Source: an uncultured Microthrixaceae bacterium
Lineage (GTDB): Bacteria > Actinomycetota > Acidimicrobiia > Acidimicrobiales > DATDAH01
NCBI GenBank assembly: GCA_963725155.1
Contig: CAVRXU010000005.1
Coordinates: 642,330-706,329 of the forward strand
Direction: 5' to 3'
DNA length: 64,000 nt
Position numbers and translations under genes: made by a program. The notes beneath the pieces are model-generated. The model was not told the DNA's origin. It searched no databases and was given only the letters and a program-made list of their open reading frames with translations. Below, in pieces: positions 57,414 to 64,000 of this stretch (the stretch's first letter is position 1; each line of letters begins with the position of its first letter).

Positions 57414-57841
57414 CGGATGAGGGCGGCGTTCTCGTAGGAGAAGACGCGCTCACCGCGCTGGTTGGAGAGGGTGTTGCGAAAGGTGACGATGCCGACGCCG
57501 GGTCGGCTCTTCGACGGGCGGCGGTCGGTGACCTCGTTCACGTGGGACAGGACGTCACCGGGGCGGACCGGGGCGTGGTTCACCATGTTGGACGTCCCGA
57601 GCGCGGATATCGCCGCGGTGCGGATGCTGCTCTTCACGCCGAGCGACACGTGGATGGCGAAGATGTGGACGGTGGAGGCGATCAAGCCGCCGAACTCCGA
57701 GGCGGCCGCCGCGTCCCGGTCGACGTGGAACGGCTGGGGGTCGAACCTTCGGCCGAACTCGAGGATCTCCTCCTCGGTCACCAGGTAGGTGGCATCGCTC
57801 GCCGAGATCGAGCCCACCTCGAGGTCCTCGTAGTAGCGCAT
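57362..57841 (-). CDS. MaoC-like (hot-dog fold) dehydratase
   Basis: 159 aa from ATG 57841. FDPQPFHVD hydratase-type motif. The 3' end overlaps the folC 3' end by 52 nt. Confidence 0.8.
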   Translation of the reverse strand: MRYYEDLEVGSISASDATYLVTEEEILEFGRRFDPQPFHVDRDAAAASEFGGLIASTVHIFAIHVSLGVKSSIRTAAISALGTSNMVNHAPVRPGDVLSHVNEVTDRRPSKSRPGVGIVTFRNTLSNQRGERVFSYENAALIRYRPSEDPSDERAAPTT

Positions 57842-57896
57842 GATCCCCTCCCCCCGTGCGGCGGCGTCAACGTAGGCCGTTAGCCTCGGCCGCCGC

Positions 57897-58304
57897 ATGA
57901 ACCGGACACTTGTCATCGCCAAGCCGGACGCCGTGGAGCGCGGTCTCGCCGGTCAGATCCTCGCCCGCTTCGAGGCCAAGGGGCTCACGCCCGTGGCCGT
58001 GGAGCTGCGGCAGGTGGACCGGGAGACGGCCGGTCGCCACTACGCCGAGCACGAGGGCAAGCCCTTCTACGAGGGCCTGATCGACTTCATCACCCGCTCG
58101 CCGGCCCTGTTCATGGTCATCGAGGGCCCGGACGACACGTGGCAGATCGTGCGCACGATGATGGGGGCCACCAACTCCGCCGAGGCCCTGCCGGGCACGA
58201 TCCGGGGCGATCTGTCGCCCTCGTTCACCGAGAACCTGGTGCACGGATCCGACTCCGCCGACTCCGCCGAGCGCGAGATCGGGATCTGGTTCCCCGACCT
58301 GTGA
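57897..58304 (+). CDS. ndk: Nucleoside-diphosphate kinase
   Basis: RTLVIAKPDAVERGL, TIRGD, NLVHGSDS (catalytic His). Confidence 0.95.
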   Translation: MNRTLVIAKPDAVERGLAGQILARFEAKGLTPVAVELRQVDRETAGRHYAEHEGKPFYEGLIDFITRSPALFMVIEGPDDTWQIVRTMMGATNSAEALPGTIRGDLSPSFTENLVHGSDSADSAEREIGIWFPDL

Positions 58305-58461
58305 CCCCTGCCCTGTCAGGGCCGCTCGCCCCGACGTTGCAATATGGTTACAATCCCGCACTGGCGAGTGGAGTGGGGATGTCCAAGGGAACCGGGTCAC
58401 CTGACCTAGGCTGGCGGGCAGCCGGCGCTTCGCTGACTCGACAGCGACCCCTGAGGACCTG

Positions 58462-59499
58462 ATGTCCGAGAGCATGTTCACCACGGTCATGGGGCGGGAC
58501 ATGGCCGTCGACCTTGGCACCGCGAACACGCTCGTGTACGTGCGCGGCCGGGGGATCGTCCTGAACGAGCCCTCCGTGGTGGCCATCAACACCAAGGACG
58601 GCCGTCCGTTGGCCGTCGGGGCCGAAGCCAAGCGCATGATCGGTCGCACCCCGGCCCACATCCAGGCCATCCGCCCGCTGGCCGACGGCGTCATCGCCGA
58701 CTTCGACATCTGCGAGAAGATGCTCCGTTACTTCATCCACAAGGTGCACCAGCGCCGGTGGGTGAAGCCCCGCATGGTCATCTGCGTGCCCTCCGGCATC
58801 ACCGGGGTCGAGCAGCGGGCCGTCCAGGAAGCGGCCGAGTTCGCCGGTGCCCGCAAGCCCGCCTACATCATCGAGGAGCCCATGGCCGCGGCCATCGGGT
58901 CCGGCCTGCCCGTCCAGGACCCGACGGGCAACATGATCGTGGACATCGGCGGCGGCACGACCGAGGTCGCCGTCATCTCCCTCGGCGGCATCGTGGCCGC
59001 CCACTCCTCGCGGGTCGGCGGTGATGAGCTGGACGAGGCCATCGGCGCCTATATGAAGAAGGAGTACAGCCTCGTCATCGGCGAGCGCACGTGCGAAGAG
59101 GTCAAGATCGCCCTCGGTTCGGCCTGGCCCCTCAAGGAGGAGCTCGAGGCCGAGATCCGCGGCCGGGACCTGGTCAGTGGGCTGCCGAAGACCGTGACCG
59201 TCTCCACCGGCGACCTGCGCGAGGGACTCGAGGAGCCGGTGTCGTCGATCATCGACGCGGTGAAGTCCACGCTGGACAAGACGCCGCCCGAGCTGGCGGC
59301 TGACGTCATGGAGAAGGGCATCATGCTGGCCGGGGGCGGGGCCCTGCTGAACGGCTTCCCGCAGCGCCTGGCCCACGAGACCGGGATGCCGGTCCGGGTG
59401 GCCGAGCACCCCCTCTTCGCCGTGGCGTTGGGGTCCGGTCAGTCGCTCGAGGAGTTCGAGGCACTCAAGGGGGTCCTCTTCTCGTCGAACCGCCTGTAG
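58462..59499 (+). CDS. mreB: Rod shape-determining protein MreB
   Basis: Actin-fold motifs DLGTANTLVY, VDIGGGTTEVAV, MLAGGGALL. Confidence 0.95.
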   Translation: MSESMFTTVMGRDMAVDLGTANTLVYVRGRGIVLNEPSVVAINTKDGRPLAVGAEAKRMIGRTPAHIQAIRPLADGVIADFDICEKMLRYFIHKVHQRRWVKPRMVICVPSGITGVEQRAVQEAAEFAGARKPAYIIEEPMAAAIGSGLPVQDPTGNMIVDIGGGTTEVAVISLGGIVAAHSSRVGGDELDEAIGAYMKKEYSLVIGERTCEEVKIALGSAWPLKEELEAEIRGRDLVSGLPKTVTVSTGDLREGLEEPVSSIIDAVKSTLDKTPPELAADVMEKGIMLAGGGALLNGFPQRLAHETGMPVRVAEHPLFAVALGSGQSLEEFEALKGVLFSSNRL

Positions 59500-59511
59500 C
59501 GGTTCCTCGTC

Positions 59512-60327
59512 GTGTTGTCCCGAGGTCCGGGCCAGTCCCGCTTCACGCTGGCCGTGCTCGTCGTCATCTCCATCACCATCCTCGCCGTCGACCTGTTGGG
59601 CATCGGCCCCGTCGACCTGGTCCGGAGCGGGGTCAGCGGGGTCCTCAGCCCCGTACGGGCCGTCGGTGACGCCGTCTTCGGGCGCGACGACAGCGCCGAG
59701 GTGGAACGCCTGCGCAACCGGATCGCCGAGCTGGAGGGCGTCGAGGCCCGGGCCGCCAACGCCGAGGCCGAGCTCCGGCGCCTCCAGGAGCAGCTGGGCC
59801 TGACCCCGCCCGAGGGGGTCGAGGTGGTGGCGGCCAACGTCATCAGCGAGGCCGTGTCCAACTTCGACCGGACCATCGAGATCGACAAGGGGGCCGACGC
59901 CGGCATCGAGGTCGACATGCCGGTGCAGACCGAGGCGGGCCTGGTCGGCGTGGTCGACTCGGTCACCTTCACCAGCGCCCGCATCCGCCTGATCACCGAC
60001 AGCACCGTGAACGTCGGCGTCCGTCACGCCGAGAGCGGCGACGTGGGCATCGCCCACGGACAGGGTGAAGGCCAGCCGCTCTTCATCGAGAGCGCCTTCC
60101 CCGCGGGGACCGAAGTGGCCGACGGCGACGTGTTCGTCACGGCCGGCCCGGACGGGTCCAACTTCCCCCCGGGCGTGCCCGTGGGCCGGGCTCTGGCCCG
60201 ACGGGGGGCGGCCAACCCCCTGGAACAGGAGGTCTTCCTCGACCCCTACGCCGACCTCGACCGGCTGACCCAGGTCGGCGTCCTCCTCTTCACGCCCTCG
60301 TCCGCGGGTGAGGGCGAGAACCCGTGA
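59512..60327 (+). CDS. mreC: Rod shape-determining protein MreC
   Basis: N-terminal TM helix, a coiled-coil (RLRNRIAELE...ELRRLQEQL), and beta-rich domains (GLVGVVDSV). Positioned between mreB and mreD. GTG start. Confidence 0.85.
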   Translation: MLSRGPGQSRFTLAVLVVISITILAVDLLGIGPVDLVRSGVSGVLSPVRAVGDAVFGRDDSAEVERLRNRIAELEGVEARAANAEAELRRLQEQLGLTPPEGVEVVAANVISEAVSNFDRTIEIDKGADAGIEVDMPVQTEAGLVGVVDSVTFTSARIRLITDSTVNVGVRHAESGDVGIAHGQGEGQPLFIESAFPAGTEVADGDVFVTAGPDGSNFPPGVPVGRALARRGAANPLEQEVFLDPYADLDRLTQVGVLLFTPSSAGEGENP

Positions 60328-60908
60328 CCAACACCACGACGATCCTGCGCACCGGCGTGGTCCTCGTCACGGCCCTGCTCCTCCAGGTGGCCGTGGTCCC
60401 GTGGCTGACGATCGCCGGGGTCCAGGTCGACCTCCTCCTCTTGGTCACCCTCGCCGCAGGCCTGTCCGGTGGACCCGAGCGCGGGGCCCGCGTCGGCTTC
60501 GTCGCGGGGATCCTGTGGGACCTCGTGGTCGCCGGCCCGCTCGGCCTGTCGGCGCTGACCTACTGCCTCGCCGGGTACTTCGTTGGGAGTGCCCAACGCT
60601 CCGTCGTCGGCCCGACCTGGTGGGCCCCGATCCCCAGCGCGGCCCTGGCCAGTGCCGCCTCGGTGCTCTTCTACGCGGCCTTTGGCGCGGCCCTCGGCCA
60701 CGAGGAGTGGCTCGACGGGCAGACCCTCGTCATCGCCGGCGTGGTCGCACTCTCGGCCGCGGTCTTAGTGCTGCCCGCGATCCGTATCCTGGCCTGGACC
60801 GAGGGGGAGTCGCTCGGACTGCGGCTCCCCGGACGACCGCACCGCCGGGGCAGCTTCGCTCCCGGGCGGGGGCGGCGCCGCTCTCTGACCACCGGATTCC
60901 GTCGATGA
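60324..60908 (+). CDS. mreD: Rod shape-determining protein MreD
   Basis: 194-aa polytopic membrane protein. 4-nt overlap with mreC. The call rests on its position in the mreBCD-PBP2-rodA cluster. Confidence 0.75.
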   Translation: MTNTTTILRTGVVLVTALLLQVAVVPWLTIAGVQVDLLLLVTLAAGLSGGPERGARVGFVAGILWDLVVAGPLGLSALTYCLAGYFVGSAQRSVVGPTWWAPIPSAALASAASVLFYAAFGAALGHEEWLDGQTLVIAGVVALSAAVLVLPAIRILAWTEGESLGLRLPGRPHRRGSFAPGRGRRRSLTTGFRR

Positions 60909-60927
60909 CCGCTCCCCCCACCAGCCT

Positions 60928-63081
60928 GTGAACCCGTCCACGGGCATGCGCCTCTCCGCCTTGGCCATCGTGGCCCTGTCGCTCATCGGCGCGCTCACGG
61001 CCCGGCTGTGGTTCCTCACTGCGGTCGAGGGCGAGGCGTCCGTGCAGACGGCGCGGGAGAACTCCATCCGCACCATTCACATACAGGCCCCGCGAGGGCG
61101 GATCTATGACCGCAACCGGAACGTGCTGGTCAACAACCGGCAGGTCCGGCAGCTGCGCGTCGACACCAAGGCCCTCGACGAGGCCGCCGATTTCGAGGAC
61201 GACGCCCGAGCCGAGATCTACGGCCGGATCGCCGAGCTCCTGAATCGCTACGCCGTGCCGGTCGATCCGAAGGACGCGGCGAGGGCCGCCGAGGTGGCGG
61301 CCGAAGCGGCCGGCGAGGACCCGGATGCCGCGGCCGACGCCGCGACGGAGACGGCCGAGGACGCACGGTGGGACGTGGGCGTCATCGAAGCCGCCCTGCA
61401 GAACAACTTCCTCGGGGCCTTCGTGCCCACGCCGCTCGCCAGTGACGTGCCCGGGGACCTCGAGGTCCTGGTCGCCGAGAACCAGATGCTGTACCCGGGA
61501 GTCGACGTCGACCGGATCGCGGTGCGCTCCTACCCCCACGGGAGCCTGGCCGCCCACGCCCTCGGGTACGTCGGTCGGATCACGCAGGAGGATCTGGACA
61601 CCGACGCAGTGATCCATTCCGACAAGCCCTACGCCGCGACCGACGAGATCGGCCGCACCGGGGTGGAGGCGTCCTACGAGCCGTGGCTGCGGGGCCAGCC
61701 GGGCGTCCGCGTCCTCGAGGTCGACGCTGACAACAACGTGGTCCGGCAGGTCCGCTACCGGGCACCCACGCCGGGCATGGATGTGATGCTGACCCTCGAC
61801 ATCCAGGTGCAGACCCTGCTGGAGACCCAGCTGGCGGCCACGGCCGAGGCCAATGCCTCGCCCGGCGCCGCCGCGGTGGTCGAGGACCCCCGGAACGGCG
61901 CCATCATCGCCATGGCCAGCTACCCGACCTACAACCCCCAGGACTTCATCGACGGCATCTCCGACGAGGAGTACGCGATGCTGACCGACGAGGAGAACGG
62001 CAACCGGCTCAGCAACAAGGTGATCTCCGGGGTCTACGCCCCGGGGTCGACGTTCAAGCCGGTCACCGCCCTCGCCGGGCTCCGGTCGGGCCTGATCACC
62101 CCTGGCGACACCTTCAACGACGACGGCGTGTACGAGGTCGTGGGCTGCGAGGACCAACCGTCCTGCCAGTTCCAGAACGCCGGTGAGACGGCGAACGGGA
62201 CGGTGAACCTCCAGCGATCCCTCACCGTGTCGAGCGACTGGTACTACTACCACATCGGGGACAACCTCTGGGGCAACAAGGGCTCGCTCGGTGAGGACTA
62301 CCTCCAGGACACGGCGGTCGACTGGGGGTTCACCGAGGACACCGGCATCGACCTGCCCCAGGAACAGAACGGTTTCGCCTACACCCCCGAGCGCATCGCC
62401 GAGCTGCACGACGAGAACCCCACGGCCTACCCCTACGGGGACTGGCACACCGGGAACACCGTCAACATGTCCATCGGGCAGGGTGACCTCGGCGTCACGC
62501 CGATGCAGCTGGCCAACATGTACGCCGCGCTGGCCAACGGCGGCACCCTCTACCGGCCCCATGTCGGCATGGCGACCCTCCGACCCGTCACGGGCACCTG
62601 GGAGGAAGATCCCGGGACGCCGTGCATCGCCAACGACGGCGCCGTCGACGAGGGGGCGCTCTGCACGGTCGATCCGACCCAGGTCGGCGCCGTCGAGATC
62701 CCGGCCCGGTGGCGCGACCCGATGATCGCCGGCCTGTTGGGCGTCGCCCAGAGCAGCCAGGGCGGGACGTCGGGCCCGGCCTTCGACGGGTTCGACCTGG
62801 CGGGCTTCCCGATCGCGGGGAAGACCGGGACGGCGCAGGTCTACGGCAAGGGGGACTCGGCCCTCTACGTCGGGTTCGGGCCGGTCCGGCCGGGTCAGAA
62901 CCCGGAGTACGTGATCGCCGTCATCTACGAGGATGTCGACCAGTTCGGTGGTGAGGTGGCGGCCCCCGTCGCCCGCGCCGTCTTTGACGGGCTGAGCAAC
63001 CAGGTGCCCCTGCCCCACGTGGAGATGATCCCGGCCACGCCCGAGCCGTCCCTCGACGTCCAGACCGAGACGGACTCGTGA
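60928..63081 (+). CDS. mrdA: Penicillin-binding protein 2 (elongasome transpeptidase)
   Basis: SxxK in GSTFKP, SSD (as in the E. coli PBP2 SAD motif), KTG in AGKTGTA. N-terminal TM anchor. Confidence 0.9.
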   Translation: MNPSTGMRLSALAIVALSLIGALTARLWFLTAVEGEASVQTARENSIRTIHIQAPRGRIYDRNRNVLVNNRQVRQLRVDTKALDEAADFEDDARAEIYGRIAELLNRYAVPVDPKDAARAAEVAAEAAGEDPDAAADAATETAEDARWDVGVIEAALQNNFLGAFVPTPLASDVPGDLEVLVAENQMLYPGVDVDRIAVRSYPHGSLAAHALGYVGRITQEDLDTDAVIHSDKPYAATDEIGRTGVEASYEPWLRGQPGVRVLEVDADNNVVRQVRYRAPTPGMDVMLTLDIQVQTLLETQLAATAEANASPGAAAVVEDPRNGAIIAMASYPTYNPQDFIDGISDEEYAMLTDEENGNRLSNKVISGVYAPGSTFKPVTALAGLRSGLITPGDTFNDDGVYEVVGCEDQPSCQFQNAGETANGTVNLQRSLTVSSDWYYYHIGDNLWGNKGSLGEDYLQDTAVDWGFTEDTGIDLPQEQNGFAYTPERIAELHDENPTAYPYGDWHTGNTVNMSIGQGDLGVTPMQLANMYAALANGGTLYRPHVGMATLRPVTGTWEEDPGTPCIANDGAVDEGALCTVDPTQVGAVEIPARWRDPMIAGLLGVAQSSQGGTSGPAFDGFDLAGFPIAGKTGTAQVYGKGDSALYVGFGPVRPGQNPEYVIAVIYEDVDQFGGEVAAPVARAVFDGLSNQVPLPHVEMIPATPEPSLDVQTETDS

Positions 63082-64000
63082 CCGCCCCCGCCGTGGCCCG
63101 AGGTGGATTGGCCCCGTCCCGGAACCCGACGAGCCGCCGGTCGTTCGCCGTACCCGAGCCCCTCGAGCACGTGGACTGGATCCTCGTGGCGTCCACGGTC
63201 GCCGTGGCCCTGCTCGGGGTGGTGATGGTCTACAGCGCCACCAAGGGGACCGACGACGATCCCACCACCTACTTCCTCCAGCGCCAGGCCATGTTCGTGG
63301 TCATCGGCGTAGGGCTGATGGCGGCGATGGCGGCCTTCGACTACCGGCGATTGCGGGACTGGGCCATACCGATCGCCGGCGCCGCCCTGTTCCTCCTCTT
63401 CGCCGTCCTCACCCCGCTGGGCACCGAGTCCAAGGGCATCCAGGCCTGGTTCGAGGTGGCCGGCTTCCAGCTCCAGCCGGCCGAGCTGGCCAAGCTGGCC
63501 CTGATCATCGGACTGTCGGCGTTCCTCACCCTGGAGAAGGAGGACATCGACGGCAAGCGCCTGGCCACCATCCTCGGCGTCTCGGCCGTGCCCATGGCCC
63601 TGATCATGCTGCAACCCGACCTGGGCACGGTGCTGGTCTTCGGTGTCATGTCGTTGGCCATCGTCTTCGTCGCCGGCGCCCGGCCCCGCCACTTCGCCGT
63701 CCTCCTGCTCATCGGGATCATCGGGACGATCGGCATCCTGAACAGCAACGTCCTCGCCGACTACCAGCAGGACCGGCTGACCAACTTCGCCAACCCCGAG
63801 CTCAACGCCGACGGGAGCGGGTACAACCAGGCCCAGTCCCAGACCGCCATCAGCGCCGGCCAGCTCCGCGGCCAAGGTCTGTTCAAGGGCACGCAGACCG
63901 GACTGGGCTTCGTGCCCGAGCAACACACCGACTTCATCTTCACGGTGGTCGGCGAGGAGCTCGGCTTCGTCGGTGGCGCCATCGTGCTCGGCCTCCTGTC
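63078..64000 (+). CDS. rodA: SEDS-family peptidoglycan polymerase RodA (3' end outside the window)
   Basis: Not in the ORF track because it is open to the window edge. My translation from GTG 63078 (GTGA overlap with the PBP2 stop) gives ...VMVYSATKG..., FQLQPAELAKLALII, MLQPDLGT, PEQHTDFIFTVVGEELGF. Confidence 0.9.
   Translation, partial: MTAPAVARGGLAPSRNPTSRRSFAVPEPLEHVDWILVASTVAVALLGVVMVYSATKGTDDDPTTYFLQRQAMFVVIGVGLMAAMAAFDYRRLRDWAIPIAGAALFLLFAVLTPLGTESKGIQAWFEVAGFQLQPAELAKLALIIGLSAFLTLEKEDIDGKRLATILGVSAVPMALIMLQPDLGTVLVFGVMSLAIVFVAGARPRHFAVLLLIGIIGTIGILNSNVLADYQQDRLTNFANPELNADGSGYNQAQSQTAISAGQLRGQGLFKGTQTGLGFVPEQHTDFIFTVVGEELGFVGGAIVLGLL

Noticed and set aside
58337-58354. An A/T-rich island, TTGCAATATGGTTACAAT, in the ndk-mreB spacer. 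It contains -35-like TTGCAA and -10-like TACAAT.
   Set aside because: The two hexamers are only 6 nt apart, not ~17, so they cannot form one sigma-70-type promoter. TACAAT (58349..58354) alone might be a -10 for mreB, but I cannot support that from sequence alone.

Overview
This is a 64-kb piece of a very GC-rich, tightly packed bacterial chromosome. GC content was judged by eye, not computed.

**Likely origin.** It is probably an actinobacterium. It encodes a mycothiol-type class III alcohol dehydrogenase with an MBL partner, a DinB protein and a LigD polymerase domain. Three gene orders also resemble Mycobacterium tuberculosis blocks (recalled from memory): prfB-ftsE-ftsX with smpB-ssrA, mec-cysM...murI-MBL-rph-rdgB, and tig-clpP-clpX...folC-ndk.

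**Content.** I can assign nearly every base to one of the following:
- about 65 protein genes;
- one tmRNA;
- six tRNAs: Leu-TAG, Lys-CTT, His-GTG, Arg-TCT, Gly-TCC and Pro-TGG;
- a few remnants and small ORFs.

Most of the content is housekeeping: translation release and tmRNA rescue, FtsEX, Clp protease and trigger factor, mreBCD-PBP2-rodA, murI/rph/rdgB, an AddAB-type helicase-nuclease, rpe, folC and ndk. The rest is assorted redox and metabolic enzymes. I found no CRISPR array, integrase, transposase or rRNA.

**Items worth a second look.**
1. A translationally coupled tandem pair of about 400-aa paralogues carries a COQ4-type HDxxH-x11-E motif. It is attached to a mec-cysM pair that lacks cysO.
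2. An operon-like string encodes a P-loop protein with a degenerate Walker A, a nitronate monooxygenase, DUF952 and a stand-alone LigD polymerase domain.
3. A cyclase-STAND-TPR protein has no DNA-binding end.
4. A decayed HNH gene abuts the tmRNA 3' end.
5. A lipoprotein gene appears frameshifted, next to a permease with two FtsX-type modules and no ATPase gene.
6. An MBOAT gene is paired with a 1189-aa secreted M4 peptidase.

**Limits.** All family calls rest on motifs I recognise by eye and on gene context. No searches, folding or statistics were run. Start codons are often ambiguous in this GC-rich DNA.
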